Of a DNA stretch of 64,000 nt, positions 48,606 through 58,874 are shown piece by piece. Origin of the DNA: Candidatus Heimdallarchaeota archaeon (GTDB taxonomy: Archaea; Asgardarchaeota; Heimdallarchaeia; Heimdallarchaeales; Heimdallarchaeaceae); contig JAUVXV010000001.1 of NCBI GenBank assembly GCA_030603365.1, positions 224,001 to 288,000 of the forward strand. Direction: 5' to 3'. The position numbers and the translations under genes are program-made. The notes beneath the pieces were generated by a model, which did no database searches, had not been told where the DNA came from, and was given only the letters and a program-made list of their open reading frames with translations. Numbering within the stretch: position 1 is the first letter of the stretch; every line of letters starts with the position of its first letter.

Positions 48606-49667
48606 TCAACTTCTTATAATTGACTGAATAAAATCCTCTACTTCAGGAATTTCTGTTTTTGTAATTTCCTTTACAAGTGAAATGACATAATTTACATGAG
48701 ATAGGGTCTCTAGAATTTGCTCTTTAGCTTCTTTTCTCATACCTGATGTTTCAGCCCCATATTTGAAAACTCGCATTATGTCCCGTAACCTTCTAAAAGC
48801 AGCTAATACTTCAAAAAACTCTATTCTTGATACTTTTGCACCCTTAACAGATTCATAAGATTCGAGCAACATATTTCTAACCTCTTTAGTTGTATAAGCT
48901 CCCGTTAATAGAAGTGTCCAACCAAGATCTTCTCGATAATCTCCTAAAGAACAAGCTGGCCAATCAATAACAAAGGCTTTCCCTTCATTTGAAATCATAA
49001 TGTTATGAGGGTGAAAATCCCTGTGAATAATTGCTATTTCAACTTCAATCTCATCTTTGTTCTTTTTCAGCCAGTTTAGTATCGGTTTTAGTTCAGGAAG
49101 TTGATCCTCTTCTAGATATGATTCAAATTTATTTAGTTTATTATTAATGAAATTCTCCAAATTTTCAAAGGAAGTTGAATCTCTTTCCTCTAGTAAAATC
49201 TTCCAATCTAATCTATGTAATTGCACAAACAAGTTATTAAGGATTGGTAAAATCTCCTCTTGCAGTCTCTCAATATTTCCTTCCTGCAGTGTTTTAAAAA
49301 AATCATCTCCCATGTCTGAACCTGAAATCCTATCCATAATAATGAAGGGTTTTTCAAGAAATCTTTCATTCAATTCAAGAATATGGGTTTCTGGCACAGG
49401 ATACCCCGCCTTATGCAGAACTTTCAACACATCATACTCTTTTTTTGTCTTATTCTGAATGTTGGTACCCGGATAAATTCTAAGAATAAGATCTTCTTTG
49501 TATTCATTATTCGCTTCCTCATATGTATAAATGAAGGAATACAATTCTGTTTCCCATCCTTTTGACAAAGATTCCAATTGGAAAACTTTTGTTTTTTTTC
49601 TTTCAGGAAATCTGTCTTGAAGATATTCTAACAGTTTTTCGTTAATCCGTAAAATAGATAAGGTCAT
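48606..49667 (-). CDS. APH/choline-kinase-like phosphotransferase
   Basis: ILRIYP, PVPE, FIIMDRISG, HRDFHPHNI, IDW. Confidence 0.85.
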   Translation of the reverse strand: MTLSILRINEKLLEYLQDRFPERKKTKVFQLESLSKGWETELYSFIYTYEEANNEYKEDLILRIYPGTNIQNKTKKEYDVLKVLHKAGYPVPETHILELNERFLEKPFIIMDRISGSDMGDDFFKTLQEGNIERLQEEILPILNNLFVQLHRLDWKILLEERDSTSFENLENFINNKLNKFESYLEEDQLPELKPILNWLKKNKDEIEVEIAIIHRDFHPHNIMISNEGKAFVIDWPACSLGDYREDLGWTLLLTGAYTTKEVRNMLLESYESVKGAKVSRIEFFEVLAAFRRLRDIMRVFKYGAETSGMRKEAKEQILETLSHVNYVISLVKEITKTEIPEVEDFIQSIIRS

Positions 49668-49728
49668 AGGAGAACTCCTTATTGATACTTGTTTATATAC
49701 TGAAATATTAGAAAAAAGTTGTGGTTAA

Positions 49729-50253
49729 ATGGATTTAGTTGTATCAAAAACAGGGAAAACCTGGACTGCTGTTCTGTTAAGTGAAGGTAAATTATTCTAT
49801 TCTTCTTCTTCTTCGTTTAAGAGTAAAGATGAAGCAGTTTCTTATCTAACAACAATAGCAAAAACTCCAGTCAAGGTAAAAGAAGAAAACCATCCTTACA
49901 TTGATGTAATCAATGGTATAGAAACTGGTACATCCTTTGATATATCAGAAGTTGAATATGACTTTGCAGGATTTACTGACAAAGAAGTCAAAGTTCTCAA
50001 AGCTCTAACAAAAGTTCCAGTTGGTAAAACTATTTCGTATGGAAAATTAGCTGAAAAAGCGGGATTTCCAGGGGCTGCACAGTTTGTAGGGAATGTAATG
50101 ATGAAGAACAGATTTGGGCCTGTTATTCCTTGTCATAGGGTTATTTTATCAAGTGGACAACTAGGAAAATTTGCAGGTAAAGCAAACAATCCTCGTAAGA
50201 AGCAATTACTTGATCAAGAAAAGAAAGCAAAAGGTCTAGATAATTACTTCTGA
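49729..50253 (+). CDS. ogt: Methylated-DNA--protein-cysteine methyltransferase
   Basis: VPVGKTISYGKLA, IPCHRV. Confidence 0.92.
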   Translation: MDLVVSKTGKTWTAVLLSEGKLFYSSSSSFKSKDEAVSYLTTIAKTPVKVKEENHPYIDVINGIETGTSFDISEVEYDFAGFTDKEVKVLKALTKVPVGKTISYGKLAEKAGFPGAAQFVGNVMMKNRFGPVIPCHRVILSSGQLGKFAGKANNPRKKQLLDQEKKAKGLDNYF

Positions 50254-50315
50254 CCTACTGTGAATTCTTTCTTCTGTTTGAATCTTCATTATTTTGACTG
50301 TAGAAGCATAAACAA

Positions 50316-50720
50316 CTAACCTATAGTATGTGTGAAATCTGGTTTTATCTTAATCAACATTCGAATTTCACCTTCAGGTAAAGGATATTTCTCTTTTCCC
50401 ATATATTTCATAGCTAATGAATCAATATGTTCTAAAGCTCCTTCTTGGGTGACTTCTGTTATTTCCCCTTGAATTCCAATGTATCTATATGGATTAGAGG
50501 AATCTGGAATGCTTAAAGCTACTTTTGATCCAATTTTCATGTTTCTTGCTTTCTTTCTACCTGTTGCAGTATTAACAAGAATCTCGTTTTTCTGTTTGTT
50601 GTAATCAACCCACATTGGTGTAACTTGAGGTGAACCATCAGGGTTAATTGTTGCAACATGAGCAATATTCTTCCCCAAAAGTAAATCTTGATATTCTTCT
50701 GGAATAACCATTTTAATCAA
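50316..50720 (-). CDS. PPOX-class (putative F420-dependent) split-barrel oxidoreductase
   Basis: ATINPDGSPQVTPMW..GRKKARN..LAMKYMG..YP. Confidence 0.85.
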   Translation of the reverse strand: MIKMVIPEEYQDLLLGKNIAHVATINPDGSPQVTPMWVDYNKQKNEILVNTATGRKKARNMKIGSKVALSIPDSSNPYRYIGIQGEITEVTQEGALEHIDSLAMKYMGKEKYPLPEGEIRMLIKIKPDFTHTIG

Positions 50721-50777
50721 ATTAACATTCTCAGAGTCTTCTTATAAAACTAGTTTTGGAACAAAAAATTAGGGAAT

Positions 50778-52265
50778 TTATTCATAAGCCACAAGATTAG
50801 GATTAGGCTTTTCTGCTGCAAATTTATAAGATTTGGTCCAAGCTACCATTACTATTGTAGTAAGGAGAAGGAATATTCCTGCTCCAGTTATAGTAACAAC
50901 TAAACCTATCGAATCAGCTGTTAATCCTGAAATTGCTAAACATGCCACACTTAATACCTGTATGTATGCATTTGTTGCACTATATGCTCTGCCTCTCACT
51001 TCATTAGGCACATTCTCTGCAAACAGAGCATTCACTCCTAAACTCATCATACCATTGAAGAATCCCATAGCAAGACCGAGGAATAATAATACAATAATTC
51101 CTGGTTTGAAGAAAAATACAAAGTAATAACACGAGATTGCTATTGATCCTAGTAAAAGTGCTCTGGACCTACCAATTTTTTTCTCAAATCTGCCAAAAAT
51201 TAAATTTCCAGCTACCGAACCCAAGGCGGTGGATGCTCCAATATATGCAAACTGATTGTCTGAAAGATTTCTTAACATATCCATAAAAGATGGTTGATAA
51301 GTAGGAATAATTGCAGAGAAATAGTGAACTGCAATATGTCCAGGGTTCATTATTCTATACACTGTAGCTGGGGTATTGAAATATTGAATTGCTACAGCAT
51401 TGTGTTTTATTTCAAAAAGATAAGGTAATAATAATGGTCCTGCAAATGCAGTACCTATAATTATGAAAGTAAAAAGGAAAAGTAACAATCTAACAGTAGG
51501 GTGTTTTAATAGAAATCCAAAACCATTTTTAAGATCCTTGAAAACTAGTTTTACACTTATTTTTTCCTTCCCATCGCGAGATGCTGATGGTATAATTGTA
51601 AAGTAAATAACGATTGCGGAGAAGAAATAACATGCACTAGTAATCCAAAAAGCTTGTTCTCCCAAAACTAAATAGATGGGAGCTGCGATAAGAGGACCAA
51701 TCACTGCTAATGTCTGAAAGACTAGTTGGCTTAATGATATTGCTTTTACATAAAGACGCATTCCTGTAATCTCAGGAATTGCTGCTGACCTTGGAGCAAC
51801 AAAAGTTGCAGCTGCTGCACCTAATATAAAAGCAATTGTAGCTATTCCATAAATAATTGTTTCTGTTGAAAAAACAAGAGGTAAAAGTGGTAGAAATAAG
51901 ATAGTACAACCTCGTATGATGTCTGCACCAACCATAATAGCTCTACGACTTATTCTATCTGCAAAAACTCCTGCTATAGGACCTACGATTATCCATGGAA
52001 TAGTTTGAGCTGCCAATACTAAAGTCATAGCTGTTGCAGAACCAGTTAAGTAGTAAACGTAATAGATAATGGACATACGAAAAATCGCATCTCCAAAATT
52101 ACTAAAAAACTGACCTGTTAATAATTTCATGAATTCTTTATTTTTGAAAACATCCATATATGTTGGATCTTTTTCATCTGGCTTACTTTCAGTGGAATCT
52201 TCGTCTGTTCGGATTGAATCTGGAGTTAGAACAGAGCTGTTTTTGTCATCAGTCAAGAATTCCAC
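50778..52265 (-). CDS. MFS transporter (DHA3/macrolide efflux-like)
   Basis: GQFFSNFGD, GVFADRISRR..DIIRG; about 12 TM. Confidence 0.9.
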   Translation of the reverse strand: MEFLTDDKNSSVLTPDSIRTDEDSTESKPDEKDPTYMDVFKNKEFMKLLTGQFFSNFGDAIFRMSIIYYVYYLTGSATAMTLVLAAQTIPWIIVGPIAGVFADRISRRAIMVGADIIRGCTILFLPLLPLVFSTETIIYGIATIAFILGAAAATFVAPRSAAIPEITGMRLYVKAISLSQLVFQTLAVIGPLIAAPIYLVLGEQAFWITSACYFFSAIVIYFTIIPSASRDGKEKISVKLVFKDLKNGFGFLLKHPTVRLLLFLFTFIIIGTAFAGPLLLPYLFEIKHNAVAIQYFNTPATVYRIMNPGHIAVHYFSAIIPTYQPSFMDMLRNLSDNQFAYIGASTALGSVAGNLIFGRFEKKIGRSRALLLGSIAISCYYFVFFFKPGIIVLLFLGLAMGFFNGMMSLGVNALFAENVPNEVRGRAYSATNAYIQVLSVACLAISGLTADSIGLVVTITGAGIFLLLTTIVMVAWTKSYKFAAEKPNPNLVAYE

Positions 52266-52345
52266 CGTTTGAAAAATATATTTAACGGGGGTGAAGAAAC
52301 ATATATAAGTATAATGAAATGAATAAATGAATCCTATACTACTTA

Positions 52346-53161
52346 CTAATCTAAGGAGTAACTAAAGAGAGAAGAATCTTCGTTTTCCTTCTTTAATTTG
52401 GTTCTAAAGCGGTAAACCTTTCTTTTAATCTTAGTTTCTTCTTCATCTGTAATTCTCTCAAGATATTTCCAGAATAGGTTTTGTTCTTCTTTCTTCTTAA
52501 AGTAAGTTGATATAAGTGCCCCTATAACAACAGCAGCTGATTTCGTTACTTCTAGTTTTGGAATAGCTTTTGAATGAACTAAATCGTAACCCACTATCTC
52601 CATATCTGACAATTTATCTAAGTGCTGTGGATAAACAGACATCATATGATTTATTATCTGACAATATTGATCTTTTAGTTTCAAAGTGTAACCAAGTTTC
52701 CTAATTTTCGCGATGTATCTTTTTTGAATTAACTCAATTTGCACTTTTTTCATTTCATTATAGCTAAACGATCTCCCACTGCTGAGCCCTTCCATATTTT
52801 CCCTTAGTGTTTCAAAATGACTAGGTGTAAGCTTCTCATAAACTGAAGCCAGTAAATTATCTAGTATTGCAAGGAAATTTATTATTATTTGATTTTTTGT
52901 AAAATGCCTACTTTCATTCAATTTTTTAACGATAAATAATAGTTGCAGATTCTCAAATTGAGCTACAGCCTGGATAAGAAATTCACGGGGTACATGTTCT
53001 TGAAGTAAATCAATTAATTCATCAATACAATCTTGAACTCTTTCTTCTTGTCTATCAAGTGATTGTAGGAATTTATCCTTCGTGCTAATTTCAACGTCAA
53101 TTAGGGAAGATATCAACTCTTTCTTTAGATTATTATTATCTCCTCTAATGACCTCTGTCAT
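52346..53161 (-). CDS. Hypothetical all-helical protein
   Basis: 271-aa ORF with upstream TATA-like element; no firm motif. Confidence 0.65.
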   Translation of the reverse strand: MTEVIRGDNNNLKKELISSLIDVEISTKDKFLQSLDRQEERVQDCIDELIDLLQEHVPREFLIQAVAQFENLQLLFIVKKLNESRHFTKNQIIINFLAILDNLLASVYEKLTPSHFETLRENMEGLSSGRSFSYNEMKKVQIELIQKRYIAKIRKLGYTLKLKDQYCQIINHMMSVYPQHLDKLSDMEIVGYDLVHSKAIPKLEVTKSAAVVIGALISTYFKKKEEQNLFWKYLERITDEEETKIKRKVYRFRTKLKKENEDSSLFSYSLD

Positions 53162-53282
53162 AATACTTTCAAAATATAATACTTACTTTCGCTTATATAC
53201 ACGGAAAAATTTCGAAATGAATTTTAGAAAACAAATGCATCAGTATAAATAATCGCACAGATAATACTATACAGATACGGAA

Positions 53283-53429
53283 ATGCCCAGATGGAGAAAG
53301 GATAAGCTAGAAAGAGAACAAGTAAGAAAGAAGAAAAAACATGAGAAACTAGATCAAGCATATAGAAAAAGAATGAAAAAAGGGTATGATGAAGGTCTAT
53401 CACAAAACCTACGCTTTCGCGCTAAATAA
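53283..53429 (+). CDS. Small highly basic protein (48 aa), not in the ORF track
   Basis: MPRWRKDKLEREQVRKKKKHEKLDQAYRKRMKKGYDEGLSQNLRFRAK; TATA-like gtataaata about 35 bp upstream. Confidence 0.6.
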   Translation: MPRWRKDKLEREQVRKKKKHEKLDQAYRKRMKKGYDEGLSQNLRFRAK

Positions 53430-53444
53430 GCTCGTTAACCAAAC

Positions 53445-54902
53445 TCAAATTTGCTCTACTTTTTGGTTGAAATCAATAATCAACTCGTCTATTGGACCTA
53501 CTGAATCCTGTATTGATTTCCAGTAATTAGGGTCATACCATTGGGCATTTAGTTCATCTAAATCTCTGGCTTGTTGCTCAATCCACGTATAATACTTCAA
53601 ATGATGAATTCTTTTTCTTTGTATATAATTAAGCTCAAGCATATTATCTGTTTTCTGCCCAGCTAGATTTGAGTGAAAAGAACGTATTGCATCATCACTA
53701 GTAAAAGTTCCTTGATGTTCATTCATTTCAACTAATCTTGATTGATAAAGTTCCATTGAATCAGTATAGACTGTGAGAACTACATCTTCGCTTGTTAATT
53801 CGAAATATTTAGCATATTTTATGGCCATTAACATATTAGCAATACTTGATATTCCCAAAAGATGTAATTGATTGATTATTTCATCTGAAACACCCCTATC
53901 TCTCAGATATTTATGTCCCGCAGGTTCGTTAAATAATCTCATGATTTGTTGTGTATCTTTATCATCAATTGCTATAACCATGTCAGTATTCTTTACATTA
54001 TGAATCCATGGAATGTGTTTATCACCAATGCCTTCAATTGTATGTGCACCATAACCATTCAGTAGCATTGTTGGACATTGTAAAGCCTCACCTGCTACTA
54101 TATTCATTCGAGGATAGATTTCTTTAAGAAAATCACCACATGCTATGGTTCCTGCTGATCCTGTTGTTAGAACCAATCCATGAGGTTTTTTACCTTCTAG
54201 TTCTGTCTCGAGGACTTCTTTCATTGCATTTCCTGTCACATCATAGTGCCACAGGTAATTTCCAAATTCATCAAATTGATTGAAAACAAAAATATTGTCT
54301 CTAGTTTTTCTTAATTCCCAAACCTTATCAAAGATTTCCTTAACATTACTCTCACTTCCAGGGGTCTTAATTATCTCACCGGCAACAGTCTGTAACCATT
54401 CAAACCGTTCTGCAGACATTTCTTCTGGAAGAATAGCTATAGATTCACAAGCTAGAAGTGTTGCATCATAAGCCCCACCTCTACAATAATTTCCTGTACT
54501 AGGCCAAACGGCTTTATGTTTTACTGGATTAAATTGACCTGTAATTAGCTGGGGAACCAAACAACCGAAAGTAGCTCCTACTTTATGCGCACCTGTAGGA
54601 AAGAACTTACCAATCAGAGCGATAATCCTTGCTTCAACACCAGTTAACTCGGGAGGAAGTTCAATATAATTTGGCTTACTATATCCTCCTCCTTTGGCTA
54701 CTGGTTCATTTTTCCAAGTTATCCGAAAAAGATTTCTTGGATGTACATCCCACAGGCCTATCTCTTTTAATTCATCTTTAATCTCATTTGGAATTAAAGC
54801 AGGATTTTTCTGCTGAGCAAATGTAGGTATGATAATATTCCTTTCCTTTGCTCTTTGGATAGATTCCTTCAGGCTGATTTCATTCTTGGTTAAATTTATC
54901 AT
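53445..54902 (-). CDS. Fold-type II PLP-dependent enzyme (cysteine/threonine synthase-like)
   Basis: FPTGAHKVGA (PLP Lys), PSTGNY, GSAGT, IEGIG. Confidence 0.85.
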   Translation of the reverse strand: MINLTKNEISLKESIQRAKERNIIIPTFAQQKNPALIPNEIKDELKEIGLWDVHPRNLFRITWKNEPVAKGGGYSKPNYIELPPELTGVEARIIALIGKFFPTGAHKVGATFGCLVPQLITGQFNPVKHKAVWPSTGNYCRGGAYDATLLACESIAILPEEMSAERFEWLQTVAGEIIKTPGSESNVKEIFDKVWELRKTRDNIFVFNQFDEFGNYLWHYDVTGNAMKEVLETELEGKKPHGLVLTTGSAGTIACGDFLKEIYPRMNIVAGEALQCPTMLLNGYGAHTIEGIGDKHIPWIHNVKNTDMVIAIDDKDTQQIMRLFNEPAGHKYLRDRGVSDEIINQLHLLGISSIANMLMAIKYAKYFELTSEDVVLTVYTDSMELYQSRLVEMNEHQGTFTSDDAIRSFHSNLAGQKTDNMLELNYIQRKRIHHLKYYTWIEQQARDLDELNAQWYDPNYWKSIQDSVGPIDELIIDFNQKVEQI

Positions 54903-55036
54903 TATAGAAAATCAAAACTTGATATTTCTTTAAGTTTTCTAGATAAACAAATTATCTAAAACGAATTTCTTAAGGAAAATTCCATTTCCTTAAGGCTTCA
55001 AATTGTTTAAATAGAAGTGTTCTGCTCAAACAATAA

Positions 55037-56785
55037 GTGAAGGTAGATAAAATGTCTGTGAATGAGTTAGAAAAGATTAAAGCTGATATTGTATCACAAT
55101 ATAAAGCTATGACTCCTACTTCTGCTAAACATTTTGAAGAAGCTCAAAAATGGCTTCCAGGAGGAGGAACTCGAAATGTCGCTCATTATTATCCATACCC
55201 TTTCTTTGCAGTCAAAGGTAAAGGATGTTATCTTTATGATGTAGATGGGAATGAATACATAGACGTTCTCAATAGTATGACAGTAAATATTCATGGTCAT
55301 GCGCATCCAGAAATTGCTAAAGTAATTGAAAAACAAGCCAAGGAAGGCACTTCTCATGCTGCACCTATGCAATTACAATATGACTTAGCAAAAATAATTT
55401 GTGAGAGAACTCCGTCAATTGAATTGCTTCGATTCTGTAATTCGGGTACTGAAGCTACAATGTTTGCAATTAGAGCAGCTCGTAGATATACTGGTAAGGA
55501 TAAAATCATTAAAACAGAGGGAGGTTATCATGGTTCTCATGATTATGTTGAAGTTAACATTACCCCCAATCTCACGGCAGACTATATGCCCATTGCTACT
55601 ACTGAGAAAGGTGTCCCTGATACTATTCTAAAAGATGTTTTTATCGTTCCCTACAATGATTTAGAAGCAGCAGAGAAAATTATGAAAAAACATCACAAGG
55701 ATATTGCTGCTATGATTCTAGAACCAGTTATGGGGTCTGGAGGTGGAGCGATAGCTACTAAAGAATATCTCCAAGGATTGCGAAAGTTAACTACAAAGTA
55801 TGACATCCTATTGATTTTTGATGAAGTAATTACTTTTCGTATATCAACAGGTGGAGCTCAAAAATACCACAATGTAATTCCTGATTTAACTGCTTTAGGA
55901 AAAACTATTGGGGGAGGATTACCTGTAGGAGCTTTTGGCGGAAAACGTGAGATTATAGATCAATTTAATCCAACTAAAAAAGATTTTATTACTCATTCTG
56001 GTACATTTAGTGGAAATGCCCTAACCATGGTTGCAGGAAAGGCCGCAATGGAACTTTATGATGAATCTGAAGTTAATAGACTTTCACAGTTAGGTGATCG
56101 CTTACGTGAAGGATTAAGAGGTGTTTTGAAAGATTTGAAAATAAAGGGTCAAGTTGGTGGTATTCAATCTATTGCATACGTTTACATGTTTGAAGAACCA
56201 GCGATTAATGGAAGACAAACTGTTTTCAAATTAATTCCTACACTTGAATTATCAAAATATCTGACTTTAGCACTTAATATAAATGGTATTTATGCGGTTT
56301 CAAGAGGTGTAACTGCTTTCATTCTTTCTACTCCTATGAAGGAAGATACAATTGATGAAATCGTGTTGCGATATAGAAAAGCTATGGAACTTATACTCCC
56401 CCTTTACAACCAAATTAAACCCTATGAAGGATTTGCTTCAATTATTTTTGCAATGTTAAAAGGTCTTAACACAAATCCAAAGTTCGCAGAGAATTACACG
56501 GAACACAATTATTCTCTTCTAATTGTTGCGAAAGAAGATCCGAAAGCTATAATAGTTAGAATTAAGGGTGGAGAAATCGCATTTGAACAAATTAACAATA
56601 CTACTGAAGAGATTAAAGCAGCAAAGAAAGGATGCAATGGTTCTTTAATTACTACTCAACCAACTTTCATGGGTCTTGGATTAGGAAAAGTTAATGCAGT
56701 GAGTGCAATTTTGACAGGTAAGTTAAAGATTAAAGGATTGAAATATATTCTCAAATTTACAAAATATTTTGAATTGTTGAGATAA
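55037..56785 (+). CDS. Class III aminotransferase (GSA aminomutase-like) fused to a C-terminal SCP2 lipid-binding domain
   Basis: NSGTEA, GYHG, FDEVITFR, GKTIGGGLP, HSGTFSGN; C-term ..VNAVSAILTGKLKIKG. Confidence 0.85.
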   Translation: MKVDKMSVNELEKIKADIVSQYKAMTPTSAKHFEEAQKWLPGGGTRNVAHYYPYPFFAVKGKGCYLYDVDGNEYIDVLNSMTVNIHGHAHPEIAKVIEKQAKEGTSHAAPMQLQYDLAKIICERTPSIELLRFCNSGTEATMFAIRAARRYTGKDKIIKTEGGYHGSHDYVEVNITPNLTADYMPIATTEKGVPDTILKDVFIVPYNDLEAAEKIMKKHHKDIAAMILEPVMGSGGGAIATKEYLQGLRKLTTKYDILLIFDEVITFRISTGGAQKYHNVIPDLTALGKTIGGGLPVGAFGGKREIIDQFNPTKKDFITHSGTFSGNALTMVAGKAAMELYDESEVNRLSQLGDRLREGLRGVLKDLKIKGQVGGIQSIAYVYMFEEPAINGRQTVFKLIPTLELSKYLTLALNINGIYAVSRGVTAFILSTPMKEDTIDEIVLRYRKAMELILPLYNQIKPYEGFASIIFAMLKGLNTNPKFAENYTEHNYSLLIVAKEDPKAIIVRIKGGEIAFEQINNTTEEIKAAKKGCNGSLITTQPTFMGLGLGKVNAVSAILTGKLKIKGLKYILKFTKYFELLR

Positions 56786-56819
56786 TGTTCTCTCTTTTCT
56801 CCTAATTATTTATTAATAG

Positions 56820-57737
56820 GTGGAATCACAAAATCCTATGGTTAGTATACGGGCTAAATTCTTCATACAAATAATGAAACGAATGTCTCTCATGAACGAT
56901 GGAATCATAGATGTTGAAAAAAAGCGTAAAAATCTTGAGAGCAATGTGTTTTTATTTAAAAAACCTAGAAAAACCAAGATTCAAAGTTTAATGATTGGTG
57001 ATATTCCTGCTGAATGGTTAAGTCAAAGGAACCAAATTGCAGACAAAGCTATTCTGTACCTGCATGGTGGCTATTATATTTCAGGATCTTTGAGTACGCA
57101 TAGAAGTATTGCTGCTAGAATCGGTAAAGTAACAAATTCTCCAGTACTAAATATAGCGTATCGTCTTGCTCCTGAAGATCCTTTTCCAGCTGGGTTGGAA
57201 GATGCTGTTGCTGCTTACAAATGGTTAATTGAAGAGAAAAAAATAGACCCTAAAAAAATAGCTATTGCTGGAGATTCTGCGGGGGGAGGACTTACCTTAG
57301 CAACACTATTAAAACTGCGAGATGAAAACATAGCTTTACCTGCCGCGGGTATAGCTCTTTCCCCATGGACAGATTTGACACTATCAGGCGATTCTATTAG
57401 AAGTAAAGTCGGGGAAGAGATAATGGTTACAGAAAATGAAGCGCATCAAGCTGCAAAAATGTATTTGGAAGAGCATGATATTAAAAATCCACTAGCATCA
57501 CCACTTTATGCCGATTTGAAAGGGTTACCACCGTTGTTAATTCAAACTGGTACATCCGAGATAATCCTTGATGATTCAACTAGGTTTGCAGAAAAAGCTG
57601 AAAAATGTGGAGTAAAAGTTGAATTAGATTTATGGCCAGGAATGTTTCATGTCTTTCAAATCTATGGTAATCTTATGCCTGAAAGTAAGAAAGCATTGGA
57701 TAAAATTGGTATCTTCTTTAAAGAATTAATACAATAA
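56820..57737 (+). CDS. HSL-family alpha/beta hydrolase (esterase/lipase)
   Basis: HGGY, YRLAPE, GDSAGG, SPW, HVF. Confidence 0.92.
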   Translation: MESQNPMVSIRAKFFIQIMKRMSLMNDGIIDVEKKRKNLESNVFLFKKPRKTKIQSLMIGDIPAEWLSQRNQIADKAILYLHGGYYISGSLSTHRSIAARIGKVTNSPVLNIAYRLAPEDPFPAGLEDAVAAYKWLIEEKKIDPKKIAIAGDSAGGGLTLATLLKLRDENIALPAAGIALSPWTDLTLSGDSIRSKVGEEIMVTENEAHQAAKMYLEEHDIKNPLASPLYADLKGLPPLLIQTGTSEIILDDSTRFAEKAEKCGVKVELDLWPGMFHVFQIYGNLMPESKKALDKIGIFFKELIQ

Positions 57738-57791
57738 AATTCAAAAAATGATATTCCGAATTTCTTATATTTTGATTAATGAATCACACTT

Positions 57792-58874
57792 ATGGAAAAA
57801 TATTCTATGTCTGGTATAGATTTATCTGAACGTTTCTTTTATGAAGTAGTTAAAAGTATGATAGAAACAGAATTTCCGGATTTAAAATATGCAGCTGCCC
57901 TTATTGGGCAAGGCTCAGAAGTATTAGGTTTGGATGATGAAATATCCAAAGATCATGATTGGGGAATACGTTTATTTCTATTTATAGAGGAATCAAAATA
58001 TGATTCTCTTAAGCAAACCATGGATGAACTGTTTAAAACGAGATTGCCTTATGATTTCCTAGGTTACTCCACAAATTGGGTATTTAATAAAGATAAAACT
58101 ATGAGACCCGAGCTAATAGAAGAAGGAGAAGTAAACCATCGAATTGGGATTTATTCAGTGAAATCTTATCTCAAAGAATATTTGGAGATTGAAACTTTGG
58201 ATCTCTCAGAGAAAGAATGGTTAGTTTTACCCGAACAAAAGCTATTGGAATTTACTTCTGGGAAGATTTTCTTTAATAACAATTTAGGCGAATTAACTGT
58301 GGCTAGATCCAAACTTCATTATTTTCCTGATAATGTGTGGAAATACAAGATTCTTTCACAATGGAATCATATCTCACAAGAAATCGCTTTTGTTGGAAGA
58401 ACAAGATTACTCGGTGATGAATTAGGAACAAGAATTGAAGCATCAAGATTGGTAAGATTACTTATAATAATGGCTTTCATTCTAAAGAGAAGATATGTGC
58501 CATATTCAAAGTGGTTAACAATAGTTTTTCAACAGTTGCCAATTGCGAAGAAATTGTATCCATTATTATTGGATATTATGAAGGAAACTGAAGGAGAAAA
58601 CAGAGAACAAAAACTGTGTGAAGCTTATTTACTAATCTTAGAAGAACAAAACAAACTAAAAATTTCACCAGAGATTGAAGGTAAAATGAAACCGTTCTTT
58701 ACCAGATCCATAATGGTAATTAATGTTGATGATATAATAACAGAATTAGAGAAAATCATAGAACCTCCTTTGAAAGATCTGAAACAATTAGGTTCGATTG
58801 ATCAATTTATAGACTGTACAGATATACAATGTAGCTCTAAACTAGCAAAAAATACTAAAGGATTTTTTGATTGA
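57792..58874 (+). CDS. DUF4037 nucleotidyltransferase-fold protein
   Basis: GQGSEVLGLDDEISKDHDWG, PYSKW. Confidence 0.8.
   Translation: MEKYSMSGIDLSERFFYEVVKSMIETEFPDLKYAAALIGQGSEVLGLDDEISKDHDWGIRLFLFIEESKYDSLKQTMDELFKTRLPYDFLGYSTNWVFNKDKTMRPELIEEGEVNHRIGIYSVKSYLKEYLEIETLDLSEKEWLVLPEQKLLEFTSGKIFFNNNLGELTVARSKLHYFPDNVWKYKILSQWNHISQEIAFVGRTRLLGDELGTRIEASRLVRLLIIMAFILKRRYVPYSKWLTIVFQQLPIAKKLYPLLLDIMKETEGENREQKLCEAYLLILEEQNKLKISPEIEGKMKPFFTRSIMVINVDDIITELEKIIEPPLKDLKQLGSIDQFIDCTDIQCSSKLAKNTKGFFD

Noticed and set aside
55037-56785. hemL assignment
   Set aside because: No tetrapyrrole genes nearby and an extra SCP2-like domain; only a family-level call is supported
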